Shown here: in pieces, positions 51,427 through 63,357 of the stretch | Position numbering within the stretch: position 1 is the first letter of the stretch | How the letters are laid out: each line of letters starts with the position of its first letter | Assembly: GCF_026210795.1 (NCBI RefSeq) | Contig: NC_089429.1 | Coordinates: forward strand, 7,688,001-7,752,000 | DNA from: Rhizophagus irregularis | Taxonomy: Eukaryota | Length of the DNA stretch: 64,000 nt | Reading direction: 5' to 3' | The notes under the pieces: generated by a model | What the model saw: the letters and a program-made list of their open reading frames with translations, nothing else | What the model was told of the DNA's origin: nothing | The model's database searches: none | Translations under genes and position numbers: made by a program

Positions 51427-52824
51427 ATGTGGGAGGATACCTTAGAACGTGATCTAGGCATTTTTGTTAATAATCATGAGTATAGCGATATAGAAATCTT
51501 GTGTAAAGATGAGGAGATATTATATGGTTATAAACCAATTTTAACAGGAAGATCCGCAGTATTTAATAAATTACTTTGTTCTGATGAGACGAAAGCAATT
51601 TATGAAAAGCAAATTTTTTTTCCATTGATCAATTCTTCTGAAATGAAGATTATTTTACAATATATTTGTACGGAAACAATTCAAGAAGAATCTTTAATTA
51701 AGGATAATATAATTGAGATTTATTCTGCTGCGAATTATTTTCAATTATCGAAACTTATGGAAATTATTATGAAGATTATTAAGATTACCTTTGAAAAGAA
51801 TCGTTCAACTAATTATTTGCCAGAATTATTATCTAACTTGATGGATAAAACACTACAATTATCAGAAGAAGAAGAAATTCTTTTAAATTTATTAGTCGAA
51901 AAAGTTGCCACAATTCCGTTAAATGATATTGAATTTGGTCGACTATCTATTAAAGCACTTAAGTGCTTGCTTTTACGTACGTATGAAAAAGAAATTCCTT
52001 TCATAACACCAGAATATGAAGTTTTTCGATACAGTGCTATTCTGGCGGCAAAACAAGTTTCTAGTGATGCATATAAAACTCTCATGGAACAGTTGCCTAC
52101 TTTAAAACAAATAGAGAATTCAGTTCAAGTGGAAAATAAAGTTATTCCTGATAATCAAGAAGTTGCTAAAGAATTAGAGCCATGTATTGAATATATCGAC
52201 TTTAGGAGAATCAAATCTCACATTGATATAATTGAGCCGTTAAAAATCATTTCCAATCAAATGATTCAACGTATAAATGGAGAATTGGGTAAATCAGATT
52301 ATTCAGATTTAAATAGTATTCGAGGAATACCAATTTATAGAATCAGCGATATTTTTTGGGATGAGTCAGCATGTGGATCAAATCTTATTATTAAGGAAAA
52401 TGGAAAAGTAATATCTGCGTTGAATAATGTTTGTTCTTCACATACAAATGTCAGAGTTAATATGATATTAGAAAATAAAAGTATTTTTGAATGGGATGTT
52501 GTTATTGAGGAAGCGTCTTCTTATACTTGGGTTGGAGTATGTGCATCAGAAAATTTTGATTATGAAAGATTTGCAGGATTTCAACCCACCGGTTGGGTAT
52601 TAGGTTCTAATGGTGATTGTTATAATTCTAAAAATTGTGCAGTAAATTATTGTCCACCATTTGGAAATGATACAAAAATAACAGTTCATTTAGATATGAT
52701 CAAAAGAACTTGTGCTTTTACAGTCAATAATATAAAGTATCCGGAGGTATCAAAATGGGATAATTTACCATCAAAACTTTATCCTGTAGTATCATTATAT
52801 TCCTCTGGTCGCTGTCGAATTTAG
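51427..52824 (+). CDS. BTB/POZ + SPRY(B30.2)/ConA-like domain protein, 465 aa, intronless
   Basis: YSDIEILCKD...AANYFQL BTB domain; IEFGRLS and TPEYEVFRY are shared with the 30126 gene; SPRY-like FEWDVVIE...WVGVC...GWVLGS...ITVHLDM...LYPVVSL. Confidence 0.92.
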   Translation: MWEDTLERDLGIFVNNHEYSDIEILCKDEEILYGYKPILTGRSAVFNKLLCSDETKAIYEKQIFFPLINSSEMKIILQYICTETIQEESLIKDNIIEIYSAANYFQLSKLMEIIMKIIKITFEKNRSTNYLPELLSNLMDKTLQLSEEEEILLNLLVEKVATIPLNDIEFGRLSIKALKCLLLRTYEKEIPFITPEYEVFRYSAILAAKQVSSDAYKTLMEQLPTLKQIENSVQVENKVIPDNQEVAKELEPCIEYIDFRRIKSHIDIIEPLKIISNQMIQRINGELGKSDYSDLNSIRGIPIYRISDIFWDESACGSNLIIKENGKVISALNNVCSSHTNVRVNMILENKSIFEWDVVIEEASSYTWVGVCASENFDYERFAGFQPTGWVLGSNGDCYNSKNCAVNYCPPFGNDTKITVHLDMIKRTCAFTVNNIKYPEVSKWDNLPSKLYPVVSLYSSGRCRI

Positions 52825-53159
52825 TCTTGTTTTAACGTTCAATCGCACGTATAAAAAATTTTTTCTGCTAAAATGTTAAATATAAAGACGGATGTTTTTA
52901 GATTAGTATCACAGAATAATTAATATTCTTTATTTCAAATCTAATATTTTGTATCTCATTGATTAGATAATTCACATTTAGTTATATAAATAAATGAATA
53001 TTGATTATTATAAAGGGTCATTCAATGTAGTAGTTTTTTTTTGTATTTTATTAAATCTAACAATTAAATACGTGTTACTAACAAAAAAAAAATTCCCTAT
53101 TTCATATAAAGATATATGTAAAAATATTTATAAAATTTTTATATTTAATTTTATATATA

Positions 53160-53241
53160 TGTCGGTGAAACGTTTGTCTTGTCGCCTTGTCGGTAAAATG
53201 ATTGTCGGTAAAGTAATTGTCGGTGAGTTAAACGCGATTCC
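53160..53241. mobile_element. Single end of the TGTCGGTGAAA 15-bp-repeat family (related to 15929-16113)
   Basis: TTGTCGGTAAAATGATTGTCGGTAAAGTAATTGTCGGTGAG, ending ...CGCGATTCC. Confidence 0.65.
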
Positions 53242-54960
53242 ATTCAATCAATTATATATATATATATATTTATATTTACGAAAATATCTATTTGTTATTT
53301 ATTATGTAAAATATAATTAAATATTAATTTTAAATTCCATTTTTTGTATCATTATTTCATATTTTGTATCTTATTTCATTATAATGTTAAAAGTGTCTAC
53401 TCTAAAAATATTAAAAATCATATTTTGAAATTATTTTTTTATAATAGTTTGGAGTACTTTTATATAGTCAAATAAGGTATATCATAAAATTCGTCTATCG
53501 AACCAATTTTATTCTCTGGCCAAATTCGCCGATTGAACGATAAAATAATATTAATATATGATACAATAGATAATAATAAATAATTTATTTATATATAAAA
53601 AATTATGATAAGTAAAAAATTCTTTCTTTACGTTCACCAGAATTAAGCCACGGATTTACATGATCAAAAATCAAGTACATTTTAATTAAATGAAGACTTT
53701 TGTAGTAATTATTCTCTTTTTCGTAATATAATTTTGGGAAAATTTCATGTTAGGATAATGTCTTTTGGATTATTTTGTCGTGATAATACCATGTTGGGAT
53801 AAAGTGATTTTCGGAAAAACGTCCATCATCTGCCATTCACGATTTAATGATTTCCCGACAAGTCAAAATCCAGAATGGATCTCAATAGCTGAAAGTAATT
53901 GTGCAATATTTTGAAATCCTTTCATTCCTTATGATGGTCTATAGAGTAGGAATTCTTTCGGGATGCGATTTCAAGAACATCTTCATCCGATCCAGTTTCA
54001 TCTTCATCTCTTTCTATTTGTTGACATTGGAATATGTTGATCACGGCAACTCTTAATTAAATTTTTCAACTAAAATGCGGCCATTTCTTGGACATTTACT
54101 AATTGGTAATTGCTATCTAATGTTTGGGAACTATTTAACGCTTTTAATCTATCTCCAGAATAATCTGTTAATATCATTAACGCTCCTTTCTCATCGTGAT
54201 TAGTGGAGTTATTTCTTGGACCAGATATTCTTGATCTATCAATATTGTGCCGTATCATATGGTAAAAGAATGGTAACGTGATCTGGTGAATTATTCTTCT
54301 AGTCTATAGTTTCAGGTATTGATTTTTTAATACTTGATCTAGTCCATACTTTAGCAACGTCCATGAAAGGTTGTGAAGTCTTTTTGTAATATTATCCCCT
54401 TCGCCTCCATTGTGAAATTGGGTAGTTTTTATATAATTTCATTTATAGTAAAATTGTTTGATTTCAACTAAACCTACTATGTTTACATTTTCAATATACC
54501 AATCTATAATAAAAATCCGGGCCTATCATGTTCAATGAATATTGTTTTTATTATAAAAATCATCATCAATTCTATAGTAATGATATGCTCCAGTTTTCAC
54601 ACTAGACTTTTTCCTTTTCTTTATTAAATTAAAGGGAAATACTCATATAAACTTATAAGTTTCTGCTATTATGTATATATAATTACTATCTTTTTCTTTC
54701 ATAATAATTTCAAATAACTTTTAATCATATAAATGTATTAATCGAATTAATAAAATTTTTTTCTATTGCATTATGTTGTTCTTCTTTTCTATAATCCAAT
54801 TCTTCTATAATCTGCATAACTTAAAATTTAATAAATATATAATAAAATTTTTTTTTTTTGCTTTTTTTATAAATACTTTTTCGTTTTGTCTCATGAGTCA
54901 TGATCAACCATCACCAGTAAATAAAATCACACGTAAAATTCCAGTGTGCTTTCAAAAATT

Positions 54961-55343
54961 GAATATGTACTGTGTAGTTATATCTTTCAACAGTACATAT
55001 TCACCTCTTTCAATAATTGGAATATGTACTGTGTAGTTATTGTTTTCAACAGTACATATTCAAAAATTGGAATATGTACTGTGTAGTTATATCTTTCAAC
55101 AGTACATATTCATTCTTTCAAAAATTAGAATATGTACTGTGTAGTTATTGTTTTCAACAGTACATATTCATTCTTTCAAACATTGGAATATGTACTGTGT
55201 AGTTATTATTTTCAACAGTACATATTCATTCTATCAAAATTTGGAATATGTACTGTGTAGTTATTATTTTCAACAGTACATATTCATTCTTTCAAAAATT
55301 GGAATATGTACTGTGTAGTTATTGCCTTCAACAGTACATATTC
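54961..55343. repeat. Tandem array of 7 hairpin units, ~58-bp period
   Basis: Each unit is GAATATGTACTGT + 16 nt + ACAGTACATATTC; units start at 54961, 55020, 55070, 55128, 55186, 55244 and 55302. Confidence 0.97.
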
Positions 55344-56474
55344 ATTCATAACAGTAATTAAAACTTTTTTTTATAATCCAACCATAATCTATAAATTTGC
55401 CTCACTTTTGATATTCACGGTGAGTATTAATAAATTGTTTGACGCCAAAAATATATTTCTAATTATGTGAATATATATTTTTATCAGTTATAATTTTCAT
55501 ACTCATATCTTTAAATTATTGTAAGATTGCCTAGAATCTAATACGCTTGTGATGTGATAGGAGTTGTACGTCTTTCGATTTGATTTGTCCTTCAAATTCT
55601 GAAGTTTTTTTACGAAGTCTATCATTTTCGTAAAAATCTAAGTGGCTAAATCTGGTTTAGAATAGGTTGACTCACACCAGAATCTATTTGACTAATATAA
55701 GCTAAATAGTATTGATGAATGGTTGTAATAAATAAATTATAAATGTTTAATGGTTGTTCTTTGAACCTAGTGCATATGTCCTGCTGATTTTTCTTTTCTA
55801 TAATCACTATTATGATTAATGGTAAAAATTTTTCAACCATGTTTCCTTAATCCATATAAATATATTTGTCAAATGAAATGGAGTGGTAGTTTGACTAACT
55901 AGTAGTATATGTTCGTCAATAAAGGAACAATTTTATTAGAAACTTGTGAACTACTTTAGGGTTGAATTGTTGATTATTTGAACCAGTATTTTTTAAAGTT
56001 GACTAACTAATATATTTTTTTTTTAGTTGAATAACAAATTCAAAATTCATTCCAAACTTGATTAAATAGTACTATATGTTTTAAGTAGATTCGCTCTAAA
56101 TTCTATTAACTAGTACTATATGATTTAGAGATTCACTCCAGACTTAACTAACTAGTATAAATTAAATATCTTCAAATCATATTGTTGAAAACTTCCATAA
56201 TACTTGTTCTCCTATCATTTATGTTATTGAAGATATTTTCTTTTTCATTATTGTGTCATCTATTTAATGTGATTTGTTGTTTCTTAAAGAAACTATCTAT
56301 AATAAAGTACCTCTCATTATTTTAGATTCTTAAATTTGGTCAAATGATGTCAATTTATAAGACATTTATAATATTATTATAATTCAAAATGTTGAATAAA
56401 TTTAACTGTAGTGAGCTTTGTCTATTTAGAATTAAGAGAAAAATGTTGAAAATATCCAATACTTCTCTTTAATA

Positions 56475-56545
56475 CATTCAGACCCCTATATAATCCCTCT
56501 ATGCAAAAACACCTCCTTATAAGCCCTATTATAGAGGTTTGACTA
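56475..56545. mobile_element. Tiny pogo-like MITE relic (copy A)
   Basis: TA-CATTCAGACCCCTATATAATCCC...ATTATAGAGGTTTGACTA. Confidence 0.55.
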
Positions 56546-57687
56546 CATTCATTATTTGAAATTGCCCATTAATAAGTTGGGCAATTTTCATAAGTTTCTC
56601 TTTTATTAATAATTACTTTTGCTTAAATTTTATAAATACAGAATGCTGATTAAATTTCTCAATTTCTTCCTCATCATTATTTGCCTTTGTATAAACTGTC
56701 ATTTGAATATTCAAAATTCAGAACAGATTAACTGGTTTGTTAAATTTAGTTGTTAAAATGTATGAAGATGTATATGTTTTACAAGTGATGGAAATTGGTC
56801 TGTGTAGTTGACACAATGTACATCTTTTTTAATTTTCGCGCATATGATAAACTTTGCATATGAGTACACGTGTTTTGTTGCACATGAAGTAATTGAAGTA
56901 TCATAGAAGATCCAATGATATTTTGCATGAAATTTATGAACAATATGTACTCTGTATATATAAAACTCATCTTGAATTTCCATATACATCAGACAGGATA
57001 CTATCTTTCCAAAAAATTGAGATGGTAATATTCTCAATTTCTCATTTTATAATTAACTATAATATATGCAAAACTTTATTGATCCCCCCTTCCACTATGT
57101 ACTCTGTATGTAAAATATTCATCTTGAATTTCCAATACATCAACTGTTGACAGGGCAGGATACTATCTTTCCAAAAAATTGAGATGGTAATATTCTCAAT
57201 TTCTCACGTTATAATCAACTATAATATAGGCAGGCTTGTTTGACCCCTTTCCACTTTCAGTCCATGTTAGTATAATAGATGAATTTCAATCAGATCAATA
57301 ATCCAGACTGAGATTTTGATGTATACATAGGAACTTCCATACTGATCCTTCTTCAACTCCTCCTTATCTCTTTCTAATCGAGTCACTTATCCTTTTAAAG
57401 ATCTATTCTCTTGAGCAAGCCAGAAATTCTTCACGGATAAATCTGTCGTAACTTCTCGTAACTCCTAATTCTTCCGATCAATGTACTCCTCGGCTGAATG
57501 TCTTTTAATTTCACTAAAGAATTATCTATCTAATAATTATTGTAGACACAACAAATCCTACTATTACTGTTACTAATGTAGACTATTTACTTATTAGAAA
57601 AGATTAGTTATCACCAAATCCAGAATGAAGATAAAAGTATTGGAAAGATTATATTTGCTTAAAAAGTTCCGACACCTATCTTTAATA

Positions 57688-57732
57688 CAGTCAAACCTCC
57701 ATATAATCCCTAATATTATAGAAGTTTGATTA
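57688..57732. mobile_element. Tiny pogo-like MITE relic (copy B, 45 bp)
   Basis: TA-CAGTCAAACCTCCATATAATCCC...ATTATAGAAGTTTGATTA-TA. Confidence 0.55.
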
Positions 57733-59189
57733 TATTCTTATTTTGATTTAACTCATGAATTAGTTAGACAATTACTACTCTTTTAGTATATGTTCAGATT
57801 AATTCCATTTAGTTGACACAGTGTATATCTTTTTAAATTTTCGCGTATATGTTGATAGGCACTGGCCCTATAATTATTTATAATAATAATGTATAATTTA
57901 ATAAAAGCTTTTGGAGAATAAACAATATTTTGTATATATCCTTCATATGTTTCTTTTTTTGCATTCTGAAACAAAAACTTCAAATGTTGCAACTATGTAG
58001 GGCATTATAATCTCATAAATTTATAATTTCGAAATATTTTAATCTAAATTTATGATACTATAGGAATTTCGTCAAAATATCTCGCATTTGAACTTTATGA
58101 ACAGTGTGTAATCTGGATGTATAAAAATCATTTGGAATTTCCAACACTGATTGCACATTCACTGTACCATCTTCTAATTTAGTTTCTATGGTAATATTCT
58201 CATATAAACTATAGTATGGACAGGCTTGTTGATATGAACCTTTCTCTTTTATGTAAAAACTTTCTATTTTCCATAACTTTTTGAGAATGTTGCATAAGCT
58301 ATCTTCTAAGTAGAGTCACCATATAAGAAAAATTTTCTATGCACTCGATTGAAAGTAGATAAGCATAATAATGTTGCTTTCTATTATATATTTAAAGAGT
58401 GTATATGTTTTTTAGGTATAGATTATTATTTTCATCAATCTATGAATTTTTCCACATATAATAGAATTATGTTGTGAATTATATACCACAATAAAGATTT
58501 TTCTTTTTTGTCTATATCATAAGTATTCCTATCTTCAATATTATCATATTGCTGTCTGAATACTGAAGATTTTTATATTATCTTTTAATTCAACATTTAC
58601 GTTAATTTGAAATCGGATATTCAGCTCACAAAACTCTAATGTGTATTCCACATGTATAAGTGTAATAATAACACTGCTGATAGGTCAGTTGAATTATGCC
58701 CATATCCACTTAAAATTATTTGTTCTCTTTCTTTATTAGTCTTTCCATAAAGATAGAGTATGCCCTGTGTTTATTTAACAAAGTTCAAATCATAATATAA
58801 TTTTATTTTGAACAAGTTTACTCTAAATAATAGTAGCCAATATTTTGAAATCTAGCAGTTGTATAATGTCACAATAAACTGTTTGATGAGGATACTTTTA
58901 CATTAGTAGTTAAACAAAAGGCTGTAATTGATTCAGCAGGATTAAATATAGTTTATCTGGAACTTGTCAGCACTAAAAAGATAATTAAAATTAACATAAA
59001 TATCATAAATATTATTAATTATATTTACATATATTTATAGAAAATTCAACATTAAACTTATTTCTTAATAAGCTTTGTTTATAAAGTTCTTTCAAGATAA
59101 GTAGTAGGATTTTAGTATTTTAAATTTTGTACCAATTTAGAGATTATTAGTGTAACATTAAATTTAAAGAGGGTGCAAGCATGTATAAG

Positions 59190-60000
59190 AGATGAATTTG
59201 GTAAAGAGTGAAACAGCTAAATAAGTTGGATTTTTTTGTCTTAAATACTGTTATTATAGAAAGAAAAAAAAACTTGGCAAAAGCCACATCAGGCATCAGA
59301 TATGGCAAAGCTTTATTCACATTTTTCTTCTTTATGTTTATTTAAATTTAATTTGTTCAAACCTTTGTTTTGAATTTTCACAGCCCACACTAATAATAAG
59401 CCCATCTTTTTGCTTTTCCTAAACTATATATTACAATTAATTTATAGAAGAACTTATATTAACAGAATTTCATTTATAATTTACTAAACGAAGTAAATTT
59501 TATCTGAAACTGAAATCTTTGTACTAAAGCGGACGGATTTATCCGTTATATTCGTTGAATTGACCGGATGGCTCAAATATCTGATTGAATCCGACCAAAT
59601 GGCTCATCGGAAGGGAATAAGATAAGAACTTGATAAAAGGAGAATAAATTGTGAAACAGCTAGTTATGCTTTAAATACTGTTATCAGAGCACTGGTCATG
59701 AGATTAAAACTTGGCAAAGTCACATTAAAAGCCACATCAGCATCAGAGATGATAAAATTTGAATTATTCTGTGTGATATATAGTACACAGCCCACACTAA
59801 TAATAAGCCTAATAAGCCCATCTTTTTGTTCTTCATAAACTAAAAGATTACAACTAATTAAACTTATATTAACTGAATTTCATAAAATATTATACTATAA
59901 CTTATTAAACGAGGTAAATTTTATCTGAAGCCGAAATACTACTAAAAACGGATTGATCGGATTTATCCGTGGATTTATCGAATGGCTCATCGGATATCTA
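59190..60000. repeat. Diverged tandem duplication, ~440 bp x2
   Basis: GTGAAACAGCTA, AAAACTTGGCAAA, AAGCCACATCAG and ACAGCCCACACTAATAATAAGCC occur in the same order at ~59208-59545 and ~59651-59970. Confidence 0.85.
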
Positions 60001-60177
60001 ATGAACAGACGAACGGATTGACCAAATAGCTCATCGAATATCTAGTGAATCCGATGAAAAATCAATTAATAAAAAAATGATTTTTTTTTTAAATTGATAA
60101 AAAATTGGTTTTTCTGTAATTTTTAGCCGGATATTTTGCCGGATTATCCAATATCCGTTAAAAATATGTCTTTTTCT

Positions 60178-60556
60178 CGGTATCCGGACTTTTCGCCGAA
60201 GTCCATTTCACCGAAACCCATTTCGCCGAAAAATTATTTATTCCATTTGGTTATTTATTATTTTTATACTAAATACATAAAAGAAATGTTTCTAGAAAAA
60301 ATTTTGAATTAGCTGATTTTATTAAATTTATCTCGTTGTTTATAATATTAATAGTCTTTTTTACTTACTTTTTCGTGAATAAATGTTTTCAAGAAAAATA
60401 AATTTATTTCTTTATTTCTTAACAATTAATATTACTTGAATGTTAAAGTGATAATATTCTGGAAAAAAAATCTCTAAAAATAATTTTTCATTACGCGATG
60501 AATATTTTTATTAAAATGTTAATCGCTACCATTTTCGGCGAAATGTACTGTAACCC
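60178..60556 (+). mobile_element. Non-autonomous DNA transposon, family copy 2 (MULE-like by TSD)
   Basis: CGGTATCCGGACTTTTCGCCGAA...TTCGGCGAAATGTACTGTAACCC; flanks TCTTTTTCT / TTTTTTTCT match at 8/9 positions. Confidence 0.7.
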
Positions 60557-60608
60557 TTTTTTTCTATTTTTTCTTGAATAAAATTAAAAAAACAAAATAA
60601 AAAGACGG

Positions 60609-60662
60609 TTCGGCCGGATATTTTGATGGATGTGGGATATTCCGTCAAAATATCCGGCCGAA
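60609..60662. repeat. GC-rich inverted repeat, 22-bp arms (21/22) with a 10-nt loop
   Basis: TTCGGCCGGATATTTTGATGGA ... TCCGTCAAAATATCCGGCCGAA. Confidence 0.9.
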
Positions 60663-62174
60663 TTGGGTTTCTTTTTTTTAAAAAAAAATCAATTAATTAA
60701 TAAAAAAAATTTTTTTTATTATACAAATTTTGGACAAAATGAGTGTCCGGAAACGAATAAAAAAAAATTACAATATATGAAAAAAAACTTATAAAAAAAG
60801 ACCGGATTGACGGATTATCCGGTCCGATCGTTGACTCGATCGCATACGTGATCTTTGAATGTATTACTGAAATTAGTAAATTGAAACTAAAAAAATATAT
60901 AAATTGTTAAAATTAACATAATCTTTAAAATAGTGTATATTTAATTTTATAACATTTCAAATATATCTGTATTTTTTATAGAATAAAATAACTTATAGAT
61001 TTAATGCACGCATATGTTTCGGAAAGTAACATATTAACTTAATTGTGATCGCCTTCAACTTACAATAACAAATTTGTAATTATAAGAGTTTAAGAGAGAT
61101 AAAAAGGCAAATAAATATCTTATCGTTACGGAATCAAAAAATTCTAATTATATATATATATATTTTGTGTAATTCAAAATAAATAAAATCTTATTTGTAG
61201 GTCTATAAGAAAGACACTAAACTTAAAATAAAAATAAAACAATAAGATAAAGAAGGTTGGAATAAAGTTATATAATAACATATCATACTATAAGCGAAAT
61301 TAAGGAGCGAATAATATCCTTAGTATTACAAAAATTTTAACCATTGAACCTTTCATGTAGTAGAATTAATGATTACAGTGTATGTATATACATATAAATA
61401 AATAAGTTGTTTAAATTAAAAGGTGTTGCGATTAAAGTTATAAGTTTAAAATCTGTGAGCATTCATGCATACAATAAAACCCTTCTGTAGCGTATTATTC
61501 AATTCGTTACAGCCGAGGATCATTTTTAGCAATTAAATACAATTTATATTGTAATAGAAATATTGAATATAAACACGTATTTTACAATAAACTTTAATGC
61601 TATATATATTACGTAATCTCTAAAATTTTATATAGTTTTATATTCGGTTCATATATGAATGTATTTAGTTTAATTTTATTCAATTTTAGAACTCCATTTC
61701 AGTTCTTTCAGTTGTTTCTTTATTTGATTTTTTTTCAGTCAATTCCGACTGTCTGAATAAAAGATAAGATAATCAAATATTTGACACGTAAATGGAAACG
61801 ACAAATAGCATAAAGCTGATTGAAAAAAAAAATATATATATTTGAAAGGATAAATGTTAATCGTTTTTTTATTTACTTTACAACTATGAATTAGATATTA
61901 TCTTCTCCAGATTTGGACATATGAACTAATTTTAAATTAATTATATTACTATCTAATAATATATTGCCCCTATAAAAAACACACAAATACATCTTTTCCG
62001 TAAAGCCAAATCATTCCTTTATTATGATTTGTTATTGTATGACTTTTATTCATTGAACTTATATAGCTTTTGTCTTATAATTATCAAATTTTATATTTAG
62101 TTTAACCATATTCGTTTCACGCATCGCTCTTATAGACTTACAAATTTGTATTAATCATTTCTCAATATATTTAG

Positions 62175-62776
62175 GAAATTTCTCGGACTTCGGCTATTTA
62201 TTGTACGCATGAAAATATATGCACAGGTATTGTAAATTTATTTATCTTCAATGCAGCTGTCGTGTTGAATCGTTATTTGGCGCGATTCAATATAATTTAT
62301 TTCCGTGAATATGTTTTCCAAAAGTATAAAAACGATAGATTTATTTTCATTTCGCAATAAGTTCTAAAAGAAAAAAAAAACGAAAAAATTTCTCCTAATT
62401 TCCTAAATTATTAAAAAAAATGATCTTTCAATTTTAATAATTTTAATTATGAAACCGAAACCAATTCGATTTATTCCATAGTACGTTGAAAAAAATAGGA
62501 AAAAAAGAGTTAATGTGTTCATTTACTTTCGTAACGTAATGTTAAGGCAGTGTTGGCACTTGGCCGTTTGGCCAGTTTGGCCGGCCAAACTGGCCAAAAA
62601 AATCTTTGGCCGCGGCCAAATGCCAACACTGGTTAAGGAGATACAGACCTACTATAATTAATATGTCTCATTTCAGCAGAATGATGTTAGAAAAGTGGAA
62701 TGCTTTACCAGAGACCGAAAAAAACAAATGGTGCGAAAAACTCCATGCAATTCAATCGATTTCGTACTTTAAATAA
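62175..62776 (+). pseudogene. HMG-box gene relic
   Basis: After the acceptor TTTCAG at 62676 it reads (S)RMMLEKWNALPETEKNKWCEKL, HMG helix 2-3 like; degenerate RTSAILLY upstream resembles RPPNAFILY. Confidence 0.65.
62548..62631. mobile_element. 84-bp hAT-like MITE
   Basis: 19-bp TIR CAGTGTTGGCACTTGGCCG / CGGCCAAATGCCAACACTG (18/19), flanked by the direct repeat GTTAAGG. Confidence 0.9.
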
Positions 62777-63357
62777 TTTATTGCTAATGTATTATTTATT
62801 ATTAAAATATTTTGAATATTTTACTTTTGCATTTTTTTTTTACTTATAAAAAATGTTATTTTTATTAGAAAACAATTTTTTTTTCTCTTCGTGTGTAAAC
62901 TTCTATACAATATATCTAATATGATGGACATAGTTTATTAATCAGTGCGCATATAACACCCTAATTTTTTTTATTATGATCGATATAATAAAAATTGTGG
63001 CACAGCTTACTTGTTAAATATATAGTATATATTAAATTAATTTTAATTGGTTAAAATTGACGATTTTTAAATTCTTAATTCTGGCCGAATCCATAATTCT
63101 AGCTTAAATTTAGAAAAATACATGTCAAATGTAACATTATATTTATATAATATAACACTTTAATTTAAAAAAGATTCATTAATCAAACTGAGTTTTCAAG
63201 TTGGATCTTCATTTGATATAATTAATGTTTTTTTATATTACAAATAAAAGAAAATATGGTTTCAAAATCTATACCATTACGTAAAAACATCAATATCTTC
63301 ACGAATATTAAACAAAAATTAACAAAATTTAATATACAATTAGTTTCGATCCCACTG

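Larger units (their letters stand above)
54928..60850 (-). mobile_element. Candidate large decayed DNA transposon with CAC...GTG termini (CACTA/CMC-like)
   Basis: CACACGTA at 54928 and TACGTG at 60845-60850, with AT on both flanks; structured repeat arrays near both ends; stop-riddled minus-strand coding interior; terminal match only ~6 bp. Confidence 0.35.

Noticed and set aside
53870..54420. Minus-strand coding relic including the 62-aa ORF at 54070-54258
   Set aside because: Probably decayed coding DNA, but no motif could be assigned
54961..55343. CRISPR array
   Set aside because: Inter-repeat sequences are near-identical and only 8-17 bp, there are no cas genes, and the context is eukaryotic
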